Positions 29,821-38,607 of a stretch of 64,000 bases of DNA are shown piece by piece. Both the position numbers and the translations under genes were made by a program. Origin of the DNA: Alphaproteobacteria bacterium (lineage in GTDB: Bacteria; Pseudomonadota; Alphaproteobacteria; Bin95). How positions within the stretch are numbered: the first letter of the stretch is position 1; every line of letters starts with the position of its first letter. The notes below the pieces were generated by a model. It was not told the origin of the DNA and made no database searches. It saw only the letters and a program-made list of their open reading frames with translations. The stretch covers positions 896,001 through 960,000 of the forward strand of contig CBDBGH010000003.1 of the NCBI GenBank assembly GCA_965205265.1, read 5' to 3'.

Positions 29821-30903
29821 ATGGGATACCCCGATGCGCCGGCGCCGATCCGCGCCGACATTCTGGCGGCCCATGCCCGCGCCTGGGCCTGGATCGCCGC
29901 TCCGGGCAATTGGCTGACGGGAGCGGAGCGCGTCGCCATCGCCGCCGAGACGCGCCATGCGCTGGACTGCCGGCTATGCGCCGCGCGCAAGCAGGCGCTC
30001 TCGCCCGAGACGGTCGCCGGCGAGCATGACGGGCCGGGCGTTCTCGAGCCGCCGATGGTGGAAATCGTCCACCGCATCGTCACCGACCCCGCACGCCTGA
30101 CGCGCCGCTGGTTCGAGGCGCGGCGGGCCGAGGGCGTCGAGGTCACGCGCTATGTGGAGACGGTGGGCGTGACGGCGGTGACGGTCTCGCTCGACACCTT
30201 CGCCCGCTCTATGGGTCTGCCGCCGCGCCGCCTGCCGGAGCCGGAACCGGGAGAGCCGTCGGGCTACCGCCCGGCCTCGGCGCGCATGGAGGAGGCGTGG
30301 GTCCCGCTGATCGTGCCGGGCGAGGAAACAGGGCCCGAGGCCGACCTCTATTCCGGCACGAGAGGCGCCTACATCCTAATGGCGCTGACCCTTGTGCCGC
30401 AGGCGAAGCGGGCCTTCTTCGACCTTGTGGAGACGCAATATCTGCCAAGCCGCTGGATGCAGGCGTTCGATGTCGAGCACCGCGCCATCAGCCATGCGCA
30501 GATCGAGTTCCTGGCAGCGAGGATTTCCGCGCTCAACCAGTGCGTTTACTGAACCACCAGCCATGCGCTGCTGCTCCGTGAGAGCGGCCGGACAACAGGC
30601 GACAGTTACGATCTGGACGCAATCGTGAGCGGCGGCGGCGGCGGGGTCGCCGCCGGCGAGGAATTGGCGGCCTTCGCCGAGGCGGTCGCCGGGGAGGGCG
30701 ACATGGCCGCGGCGATTTCGGCGCTGCGCCGCGCGGTCGGCGATGCCGGCTGGGTGGACGCGGCCGGCGTGGCCGCGACCTTCAACGCCATCGACCGCGT
30801 GGCGGACGCGACCGGCATACCGCTCGAACCGAAGAAAGCGGCAGTGTCGGCCGATTTCCGCGGCGAACTCGATATCGACGCCTGGGCCGAGGCGCGCGGA
30901 TAA
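29821..30903 (+). CDS. AhpD-like alkylhydroperoxidase-related selenoprotein (in-frame TGA at 30550-30552 read as Sec; 360 aa)
   Basis: AGGAGG SD; N-terminal CRLC; ISALNQCVY-TGA-TTSHALLLRES continues open in frame to TAA 30903; downstream hairpin. Confidence 0.85.
30550..30588 (+). promoter_or_regulatory. putative bacterial SECIS element
   Basis: stem GCTGCTC(30570-76)/GAGCGGC(30582-88), loop CGTGA with GU near its 5' side, 24 nt from UGA. Confidence 0.75.
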
Positions 30904-30914
30904 GGAGGAGTCCC

Positions 30915-32285
30915 ATGATCGAACGCAAGCACGAGGACGAATTCGTCGTCGTCTCCAACGGGATGCTGGGATACGGCTTCCGCGAGGAGTCGCTCCGGGA
31001 TGCGGTGGAGGCCGGCGTGGACCTGATCGCCTGCGACGCGGGCTCCAGCGATCCGGGGCCCTACTATCTCGGCACCGGCAAGCCGTTCGTGGGCGATGCG
31101 ATGATCCTGCGCGACCTGCGCCTGCTGGTGAAGGCGGGCGCGGATGCGGGCGTGCCGCTGATCATCGGGTCGGCCGGCGGGGCGGGCGGCGACGGGCAGG
31201 TGGACCATCTGCTCGCGCTGCTCGGCCGGGTGATGGAGGAGCTCGGGCTCGACCGTAAGGTTGCCGTGCTGCGCTCCGAACTCGACCGGGGAACGGTGCG
31301 CGAGGCGGTGGAAGAAGGCCGGGTGCGCCTGTTCGAGACCGGGGCGGCGCTGACCGTCGAGGATGTCGATGCGGCCGCGCATATCGTGGCGCAGATCGGC
31401 CCGGAATCCTACTTCCGCGCGCTCGCCGAGGCGCCTGACATCCTCGTAGCGGGCCGCGCCTGGGACGTGTCCAACATCGCCGCGCTGCCGTTGATGCAGG
31501 GCCGGGACCGCGGCCTCGCGCTGCATATGGGCAAGATCCTCGAATGCGGCAGCCTGGCCGCGCGTCCGACCGGCGGCGGGGACCTCATTCTGGGGCGTCT
31601 GCGCGACGACCACTTCATCGTCGAGCCGCCGCATCCGGACAAGGCCTGCACCGAGGCTTCCGTCTCGGCGCACACCTTCTACGAGAAGTCGGACCCGGTG
31701 ATGCTGGCGGGGCCGGGCGGGTCGGTCGATCTGCGGCGGACCCGGTTCGAGCAGATCGACCCGCGCCGGGTACGCGTCTCCGGCAGCGCCTTCCGCGAGG
31801 CCGAGCGCTACACGGTCAAGCTGGAGGGCGCGCGGCTTGCCGGGCACCGGGCGCTGACCGTCGGCGGCGCGCGCGATCCGGCCTTCATCCGCTCCATCGA
31901 CGCGATCCAGGAGGCCGTCCGCGAGAAGATCCGCGAGACCCAGGCGGGGTTCATCGACCCCTCGCAATACAGCATCACCTTCCACCGCTACGGCCTGGAC
32001 GGCGTGATGGGCGCCTGGGAGCCGAACCGGCAGGCCGCGCACGAGATCGGCATTCTGATCGACGTGGTGGCCGAGACGCCGGAGATCGCCGAGGCGGTCT
32101 GCGGGCTTGCGCGCTCGACCATCCTGCATGTGCCGTTCGAGGGCAGGCGCGCCACGGCGGGCAATATCGCCTTCCCGTTCTCGCCGGCGGAGATTCCGGC
32201 AGGGCCGGTCTATGAGTTCAACATCTACCACCTGATGGAGATCGACGAGCCGGAGACATTCGGGCGGCTGGAATGGCTGCAGTGA
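30915..32285 (+). CDS. AtuA/DUF1446 family protein
   Basis: GMLGYGF, DAGSSDPGPYYLG, GSAGGAG, HMGKILECG, AHTFYEK.DP, TAGNIAFPFSP. Confidence 0.85.
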   Translation: MIERKHEDEFVVVSNGMLGYGFREESLRDAVEAGVDLIACDAGSSDPGPYYLGTGKPFVGDAMILRDLRLLVKAGADAGVPLIIGSAGGAGGDGQVDHLLALLGRVMEELGLDRKVAVLRSELDRGTVREAVEEGRVRLFETGAALTVEDVDAAAHIVAQIGPESYFRALAEAPDILVAGRAWDVSNIAALPLMQGRDRGLALHMGKILECGSLAARPTGGGDLILGRLRDDHFIVEPPHPDKACTEASVSAHTFYEKSDPVMLAGPGGSVDLRRTRFEQIDPRRVRVSGSAFREAERYTVKLEGARLAGHRALTVGGARDPAFIRSIDAIQEAVREKIRETQAGFIDPSQYSITFHRYGLDGVMGAWEPNRQAAHEIGILIDVVAETPEIAEAVCGLARSTILHVPFEGRRATAGNIAFPFSPAEIPAGPVYEFNIYHLMEIDEPETFGRLEWLQ

Positions 32286-32596
32286 GGACGCTGGGCGAGG
32301 TCGCGGAGGTCGTCCGGTCGAAGAATGCCGGGCCTTTCATCGTGACCTTCGACATTCTGTTCGAGACGGAGGAGGCCTTCGAGGCGGTGCGCGCCGCCGG
32401 GCTGTTGAGCCGGCAGGCCGTCTGCGGGCTCTACGGCGTTTCCGACAACGAATTGCTGGGCTTCGACTTCTATCCCTTCGCGCGGGCGGTCAAATTCTCG
32501 CTCAGGCGTCCCGTCGGCTCCGGCGGTCCGCGCGATGCGGATGTCTATGGCGCGCAGCAGCACGCCCCCCTGCTCGACCTCGCCGTCCTGCCCTGA
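32273..32596 (+). CDS. DUF4387 family protein
   Basis: RSKNAGPF..TFD, D.YGAQQHAPL; overlaps AtuA-like stop. Confidence 0.85.
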   Translation: MAAVRTLGEVAEVVRSKNAGPFIVTFDILFETEEAFEAVRAAGLLSRQAVCGLYGVSDNELLGFDFYPFARAVKFSLRRPVGSGGPRDADVYGAQQHAPLLDLAVLP

Positions 32597-32599
32597 CCG

Positions 32600-33442
32600 C
32601 TACCTCGCGGCGATGGCTTCGCTGGCGGCCCAGAGGCGTTCCTGGTCCTCGACCGAGAGCGAGGCGGCGGAGGAGCGCGCTTCCTTGCCGCCGGAGAAAT
32701 AGCGCCCGGTCACGCCCGCCAGCGCCGGGTCGGAGGCGAGGCGGATGTTGAGTTCCGCCCCCTCCTCGACGCCGACGGCGCCGATCATGCGGAAGCCGAG
32801 CCTGAGCGCATTGCGGAACAGCCATCCGTTGTTGCTGCCGAAGCGGCTTGCGACGACGCCCGGATGCAGCGCGTTGACCGTGACCGGGCTGCCCTCCAGC
32901 CGCCGCGCCAGCGCGTAGGCGAACATGATATTGGCCAGCTTCGAGCGGCTGTAGGCCACGCGCGCGCTGTAGCGGCGCTCGCATTGCAGGTCGTCGAAGT
33001 CGAGTTCGGCCCGCCGGTGGGCAATGGAGGCGACGGTGACGATGCGCCCCGCCTCCGCCGCCCTCAGCCGGTTGAGCAGCAGGTTGGTCAGCAGGAAATA
33101 GCTCATATGGTTGAGCGCGAAAGTGGCCTCGAGGCCGTCCGCAGTCACCTGGCGGCGCGAGAAGATGGCGCCGGCATTGTTGACCAGCACATCCAGCCGG
33201 TCCGCGGACTCGGCCACAATGCGTGCGAGGCGGCGGTTTTCGTCGAGCAGCGAGAGGTCGGCGCGCTCGAAGCGGACATCCGCGCCGGGAACCTCCGCCC
33301 GGATCGCCCGCGCCGCCTGCTCGCCGCGCTGCGGATTGCGGCCGACGATGGTGACGGCCGCGCCCTTCTCCGCGAGTGCGCGGGCGGTGACGAGACCGAT
33401 GCCCGTGGTGCCGCCGGTGACGAGTGCGGTCTTGCCCTGCAT
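32600..33442 (-). CDS. SDR oxidoreductase (retinol dehydrogenase-like)
   Basis: TGGTTGIG, NNAG, NH..YFLLT, YSRSK, LHPG.V. Confidence 0.92.
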   Translation of the reverse strand: MQGKTALVTGGTTGIGLVTARALAEKGAAVTIVGRNPQRGEQAARAIRAEVPGADVRFERADLSLLDENRRLARIVAESADRLDVLVNNAGAIFSRRQVTADGLEATFALNHMSYFLLTNLLLNRLRAAEAGRIVTVASIAHRRAELDFDDLQCERRYSARVAYSRSKLANIMFAYALARRLEGSPVTVNALHPGVVASRFGSNNGWLFRNALRLGFRMIGAVGVEEGAELNIRLASDPALAGVTGRYFSGGKEARSSAASLSVEDQERLWAASEAIAAR

Positions 33443-33492
33443 GGAGCCGGAGTTTACAGGCTGGAAGCGGGATCGGGAACGAGGAGGTTGTC

Positions 33493-34752
33493 ATGGTTCT
33501 GGAGCGTGTCGCAGCAGGCGTGGACGAGGCCGGGCTCTGGAAGATGCATGAGGAGATGGCGCGGTTCGGCGCGACGGCGAAGGGCGGCGTGTGCCGCGAG
33601 GCGCTGATGCCGGAGGATTTCGACGCGCGCCGCACCTTCGCGGAATGGGGCCGGGACGCGGGTTTCTCGCTCGCCGTGGACGCCATCGGCAACATGTTCC
33701 TGCGCCGCGAGGGCGCCGACCCGGACCTGCCGCCTGTGACCACCGGCTCGCATCTGGATTCGCAGCCGACCGGCGGGCGCTTCGACGGCAGCTTCGGCGT
33801 GCTCGCCGGGCTGGAGGCGCTGTTCGCGCTGGAGCGCGCCGGCGTGAAGACGCGCGCGCCGGTCGAGGTCGTCAACTGGACCAATGAGGAAGGCGGGCGC
33901 TTCGTGCCGGGCGTGATGGGCTCGGGCGTCTATGCCGACCCGCCGACGCTTGCCACCATGCTGGAAGTCCGCGACAGGGCCGGCGTCAGGCTCGGCGACG
34001 AGTTGGAAAAGCTGGGTCCCTTGCTCGCGTCCGTCGCTCCGGTCGATGAGCGGGCGCTCGCCGCGCCGATGGGCGCCTTCATCGAAGGGCATATCGAGCA
34101 GGCGCCGCGCCTGGAGGAGACCGGCAACACCATCGGCGTCGTCACCGGCATACAGGGCACGCGCAAATTCCAGGTCGAGGTGATCGGCGAGGAGGCCCAT
34201 GCCGGCACCACGCCCCGGCGGCGGCGCAAGGATGCCGTTCTGGCGGCGGCCTGCATGGTCCAGGCCCTGCACCGCATGATGGAGGACGCCGACGACCTGC
34301 TGCGCTTCACCATCGGCGCCTTCGAGGCCTTTCCGGGCGCGCCCTCCGTTGTGCCGGGGCGGGTGCGCTTTTCGATAGACTTCCGCCACCCGGACGATGC
34401 GCTCCGCGCCCGCCTGGGAGACCGCATCCTGCCGCTTTGCGAATCGCTGGCCGGTCCGTGCGGGGTGCGGATCGAAGAGCCGCAGGCGGCGTCCTCGGTC
34501 GATTTCCACGGGGCGGCGATCGAGGCCGTCCGCCATGCCGTGGAGATCGTCGGCGCATCGCATATGGACCTCTATTCCGGCGCCGGGCACGACGCGCGCA
34601 ACATGGCCCTGCTCTGTCCCTCGGCCATGGTTTTCGTGCCCTGCGAGAAGGGGATCAGCCACAACGAGGCGGAAAACGCGAAGCCCGAAGACCTCGCGGA
34701 AGGCGCAAGGGTGATCGCGGTCGCCATTGCCGAACTCGCCGGCGCCCATTAG
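33493..34752 (+). CDS. M20 Zn hydrolase (N-carbamoyl-amino acid/allantoate amidohydrolase family)
   Basis: GSHLDSQP.GGRFDG, NEEG.RF, E.HIEQ, HAGTTP, SGAGHDA, GISHN..E. Confidence 0.92.
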   Translation: MVLERVAAGVDEAGLWKMHEEMARFGATAKGGVCREALMPEDFDARRTFAEWGRDAGFSLAVDAIGNMFLRREGADPDLPPVTTGSHLDSQPTGGRFDGSFGVLAGLEALFALERAGVKTRAPVEVVNWTNEEGGRFVPGVMGSGVYADPPTLATMLEVRDRAGVRLGDELEKLGPLLASVAPVDERALAAPMGAFIEGHIEQAPRLEETGNTIGVVTGIQGTRKFQVEVIGEEAHAGTTPRRRRKDAVLAAACMVQALHRMMEDADDLLRFTIGAFEAFPGAPSVVPGRVRFSIDFRHPDDALRARLGDRILPLCESLAGPCGVRIEEPQAASSVDFHGAAIEAVRHAVEIVGASHMDLYSGAGHDARNMALLCPSAMVFVPCEKGISHNEAENAKPEDLAEGARVIAVAIAELAGAH

Positions 34753-34808
34753 CCGGGGCCGCATCGCATCGAATCCAGAAACCACCTTACAGCACCGGGG
34801 TGCACATC

Positions 34809-35729
34809 ATGGTTCAACACGCCAATGAACGGGTCGCCTACCACAATGGCGAGATCAAGCCCGAAAGCCGGGTGCTCATCTCCTTCCGCGACCGGGGATT
34901 CAAATATGGCGAGGCGGTGTTCGACACGGCGCGCACGGTGCGGCACAAGCCGTTCAGGCTAGAGGAGCATATCGACCGGCTCTACCGCTCGATGCGCTAT
35001 CTCCAGATCGATTCGGGGCTAAGCCCGGAGGAGATGCTGTCCATTTCCCATGAGGTGCTGGAGCGCAACTTGCACCTCATCGCCGCGGACGAGGACTACT
35101 GGCTGTTCCAGCGGGTCAGCCCCGGTGTGGCCGACCCCTTCCTCAGCGACGGCGAGGCGCGGCCCACGGTCATTGTCGAATGCACGCCGCTGCCGCTCAG
35201 GGCCCGCGCGCCGCTCTACCGCGACGGTGTGCGCGTGCAGATACCCGCCACCCGGCGCACGCCACCGGACGCCGTCAGCCCCAGGGCCAAGACGCAGAAC
35301 TACATCAACCTCCAGATCGCCGACCGAGAGGTACGCGCCCAGGACCCGCAGGCCTGGGCCATTCTGCTGGATCATGACGGCAATCTTGCAGAGGGGCTCG
35401 GCAGCAACATCTTCTTCGTGCGCGGCGGCGAGCTGTTCACCCCAAGGGCCAGGTTCGTGCTGCCCGGCATCAGCCGGGAGACGGTAATCGATCTCGCCGG
35501 CGCGGAAGGCATCGCTGTCCACGAGACGGACCTCGACCTCTTCGACGCCTTCACCAGCGATGAATGCTTCCTGACATCGACGAGCCTGTGCATGGTGCCG
35601 GTCGCATCGGTCAACGGGCGCAGGATCGGCGAAAGCGGCCTTCCCGGACCGGTGACGGCGCGCCTCATGGAAGCCTACAAGCGGCTTCTCGACTTCGACT
35701 TCGTGGCGCAATACACCGACAGGCTGTAG
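34809..35729 (+). CDS. class IV PLP aminotransferase (IlvE/D-Ala aminotransferase-like)
   Basis: DRGF.YGE.VFD, H.DRL, AK..NY, EG..SNIF, LPGISR, E.FLTST. Confidence 0.92.
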   Translation: MVQHANERVAYHNGEIKPESRVLISFRDRGFKYGEAVFDTARTVRHKPFRLEEHIDRLYRSMRYLQIDSGLSPEEMLSISHEVLERNLHLIAADEDYWLFQRVSPGVADPFLSDGEARPTVIVECTPLPLRARAPLYRDGVRVQIPATRRTPPDAVSPRAKTQNYINLQIADREVRAQDPQAWAILLDHDGNLAEGLGSNIFFVRGGELFTPRARFVLPGISRETVIDLAGAEGIAVHETDLDLFDAFTSDECFLTSTSLCMVPVASVNGRRIGESGLPGPVTARLMEAYKRLLDFDFVAQYTDRL

Positions 35730-35737
35730 CGCGCCGG

Positions 35738-35814
35738 TGGCGACCCCGGCAGGACTCGAACCTGCGACCTACGGATTAGGAATCCGTCGCTCTATCCGGC
35801 TGAGCTACGGGGCC
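35738..35814 (-). tRNA. tRNA-Arg(CCT)
   Basis: 77-nt cloverleaf GGCCCCG..GCTCAGCCGGATAGAGC..ACGGA-TTCCTAA-TCCGT..GGTTCGAGTCC..CGGGGTCG-CCA. Confidence 0.97.
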
Positions 35815-35955
35815 GCGTCCCCGGCTTCGTAGAAAACCGCGCTGGGCCGGTCAAGCGTCCCGGCAGCGGGGCTGCGGTTGAATTGGAGTCTTGGCGCGGC
35901 GTATCGTCGATCCGACCGTCGCTTCGGCGTCACCCGACTGGGACAGGGAAAAGAG

Positions 35956-36558
35956 ATGAAGGTGTATTTCGCCCCCGGCTCGCGTGCGGTTCGCACAGTC
36001 TGGCTCCTGGAGGAAATCGGCAAGACGTACGACCTGGTGCGGTTCACGCTCGGCCAGAAGGAGATGCGCGGCCCCGAATACACCAGGATCAATCCGAACG
36101 GCCGCGTGCCGACCCTGGTGGACGGCGACACCACTGTCACGGAAAGCACGGCCATCGCGCAGTATCTGGGCGCAAAATACGCGCCGGAACTGACCCCCGG
36201 CCCGGACGCGGCGAATTTCGCAACCTACCTGCAATGGCTCCACTATGCGGAAGGCATGATCATGCCGCCGATCAACAACTATGTGGTCGAGACGATCCTG
36301 CTTCCGCCGGAGCGTCGAAACGATGAAATCGCTGCGCGCTCGTTAAAGCTGCTGAACCGGACGCTCGGCGCCGCCGAGGCGCATATGGAGGGGCGGGATT
36401 TCCTCGCAGGCGACTTTACCGTCGCAGATACGATTACCGGTCATGCCGTCATCATGTCCCGTCGTCTCGGCGCCGATTTCAGTGCGTGTCCGAACCTTGC
36501 CGCCTATGCCGACCGGCTCGAAGCGCGGAAGGCGTTCAAGGCTGCGGACTCGGCTTGA
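35956..36558 (+). CDS. glutathione S-transferase family protein
   Basis: SRA.R..WLLEE, INPNGRVPTL, ES.AI..YL, G.FT.AD. Confidence 0.93.
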   Translation: MKVYFAPGSRAVRTVWLLEEIGKTYDLVRFTLGQKEMRGPEYTRINPNGRVPTLVDGDTTVTESTAIAQYLGAKYAPELTPGPDAANFATYLQWLHYAEGMIMPPINNYVVETILLPPERRNDEIAARSLKLLNRTLGAAEAHMEGRDFLAGDFTVADTITGHAVIMSRRLGADFSACPNLAAYADRLEARKAFKAADSA

Positions 36559-36618
36559 CGACCCGCCGGCGCCGCTCGCAGCAGCCCGATCGGGGCGATA
36601 AGGGCAAATCCGGCGCGC

Positions 36619-37833
36619 TCACCCGGGCCCGGCCCACCAGTCCCGGGGCCGCAGCCGCCTGGCCCGGCCGGACCGGTCGTCGAGCCAGAGTGCCAGCCGG
36701 CGCAGCGGTGACAATGCGAGGCGGAGCCAGAACCGGTTGGCCCGGCGGCGGAAATCCCGGTTGAACGGGCATACCCTGAGGCAGATTGCGCAGTCGGAAG
36801 CCAGCTTCGCCCAATATCCGAAGCACTTCTCCGCATCCGAGGTCCATTTCACCACGCCCTGGATGGCGGACCGGTTCGGGCGGTCCGCGTTCGGCGGGCC
36901 ATAGGGCAGGGCATTCGCGGGGCAGGCATCCGCACAGCGCGTACAGATGGAACAGAACTCTGCAACGCCCAGCCTGCGCGGGGCGTCATGAGCGAGCGGC
37001 AGGTCCGTGAATATCTTGGAGAAGCGCAGGCGCGGGCCCGTCTCCGGAGTTATGACAAGCTGGTTGCGCGCATATTCGCCGAGACCGGCCTTGAGTGCAT
37101 AGGGAATGGCGAGCGCCGTGTCGTTCATCGAGGCGACCGCATTGTAGCCAAGTGCCCTGATATAGGCCGCAAGCTGCATGACGATCGCTGCCTCATGGCT
37201 GTATTCCCGCCCGGTCGCGGCCCCGGCAAGCGCGGAAGGGTAGGTCGCCACAAGCCCCTCATCCATCTCGTGGCCGAGCACGACGACATGCTCCAGGCCC
37301 TCGGGCAGGCCGACGGGAGCTTCGGTGAAGTCCCGCACATCCACCCGCGACTCATAGGTCCAGCGTTCGTCGTATTCCGTGATGCCGCATAAGCTGGCGC
37401 CGAAGAACCGGGCGACCTTCTTGATCTCGGCCGCCATGGCGTTCCGGTCCTCGACGGCGACCTTTTCGACAACGACAGGCGTGTCGTCGGAGATCGCCGC
37501 CTGGAATCCCTCGCGCCGGCCCTGTTCTATATGACGGTTGGTTATCAGGTCGGAAATCAGCCAGGAGGCATTGCGGAGGGCGAAATCCCTCTGGTTGAAG
37601 CCGTCGCCCCGGCGTGCGGTGAAATCCGCCCGGTAGGAATGGAAGAAGGCGTCCGACTCCTTCGTGCGCACCCGCTCGTCCCAGAAGGCGCGGGTGAAAA
37701 CATCGTTTATCTGCCGGAAAGGCGTGAAGTCCGCCGTCGTCTCAATTCCCGCCGCCACATCGCTTTCGGCGTAGCGCCGCCGCCAGCGCGCGCGGCGCTC
37801 TTCGAGGCTTTCCTCGTTCCCGGGCCAACTCAT
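36619..37833 (-). CDS. reductive dehalogenase-like cobalamin/2x[4Fe-4S] protein
   Basis: IKK.ARFFGA.L.GI, AGLGEY.RN.LVITPE.GPR.R, FCSICTRCADACP, C-x10-CAICLRVCP; no TAT signal. Confidence 0.8.
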   Translation of the reverse strand: MSWPGNEESLEERRARWRRRYAESDVAAGIETTADFTPFRQINDVFTRAFWDERVRTKESDAFFHSYRADFTARRGDGFNQRDFALRNASWLISDLITNRHIEQGRREGFQAAISDDTPVVVEKVAVEDRNAMAAEIKKVARFFGASLCGITEYDERWTYESRVDVRDFTEAPVGLPEGLEHVVVLGHEMDEGLVATYPSALAGAATGREYSHEAAIVMQLAAYIRALGYNAVASMNDTALAIPYALKAGLGEYARNQLVITPETGPRLRFSKIFTDLPLAHDAPRRLGVAEFCSICTRCADACPANALPYGPPNADRPNRSAIQGVVKWTSDAEKCFGYWAKLASDCAICLRVCPFNRDFRRRANRFWLRLALSPLRRLALWLDDRSGRARRLRPRDWWAGPG

Positions 37834-37866
37834 CGGGACAAGACTACCGCATTTCCGGCCGGGGCT

Positions 37867-38472
37867 TCAGTGCCCGACACTGGCGAATCCCTTGCCCTCC
37901 TCGTCGAGCGCTTCCGGTGCGCGGCCAAGCCAGCGCGCCGAGATGGCGCGCCAGGTTGCGAGCCGGCTGAAGTCGGGAGGATCGGCGAGGGTGTCGTCGT
38001 CGTTGAGGAACGGGCTTGGAAAGAAAACGGTGAGGCCGTTCTCGCCCTTGCCGTTCCACATCTCGAAGCCCCAGCTAAGCGGTTTGGCGTCCCTGTCGAA
38101 GCCCCGGAATATCTCCGCCCGGGAAGGCCTGCGGTGCGCGCGGAGCGCCGGGCCGGTGGGGCTGGCGGACGAGCCCCGGTTCTCACCGATGCACAGATGG
38201 AAATGCCCGCCATTGCCGAACATCACCGTGAGATAGCCGTCGAAGAGGCTTATCCGCTTCGGCGCGCCGGGGCATTTCCATTCGTAGGCCGCGCCCTGGA
38301 TCATCGGTCCGAAGCGGATGCCGGCCCAATGGCTCTCGAACAGGTCGCGGAGGAACGTTTCCAGAAACGCTTCCTCAAGCGGCAACGCCCAGGCCTCCCG
38401 CGCCAGGGAGCCGTCTTCGCGATAGCGGCTTTCGCTCGGTTCCGGCGCGATTGTCCGGCCTGCGCCGTCCAT
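37867..38472 (-). CDS. conserved hypothetical protein
   Basis: GGGAGG SD; conserved-looking FGP..QGA, HFHLCIGE, FFP.PFL blocks; co-oriented 33 bp upstream of the RdhA-like gene. Confidence 0.75.
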   Translation of the reverse strand: MDGAGRTIAPEPSESRYREDGSLAREAWALPLEEAFLETFLRDLFESHWAGIRFGPMIQGAAYEWKCPGAPKRISLFDGYLTVMFGNGGHFHLCIGENRGSSASPTGPALRAHRRPSRAEIFRGFDRDAKPLSWGFEMWNGKGENGLTVFFPSPFLNDDDTLADPPDFSRLATWRAISARWLGRAPEALDEEGKGFASVGH

Positions 38473-38607
38473 GTCGCTCGGCCTCCCGGCGCTTCATCGC
38501 AGGAAGTTCGTACTATAACACTCCGCGCCCGACTTCCCGGCTCCAGGCGCGCGGCCTGCGGCAACAGCCCCGTTTCCTCCGCCGTCATGTCGTGAAAGGG
38601 TCGGGCG

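Noticed and set aside
28832-29958. ORFs spanning the IS end and non-coding tract (28832-29722, 29332-29958)
   Set aside because: Low-complexity Arg/Pro/Ala translations crossing element boundaries, with no recognisable domain
30625-30903. Independent 92-aa ORF, or pseudogene call for 29821-30903
   Set aside because: In frame with the upstream ORF, no SD, stop sits at the catalytic Cys column with a SECIS-like hairpin; better explained as Sec readthrough
35738-38472. tRNA-Arg-anchored genomic island containing GST and the RdhA-like gene
   Set aside because: These genes lie on the tRNA 5' side; no integrase and no duplicated tRNA 3' end noticed
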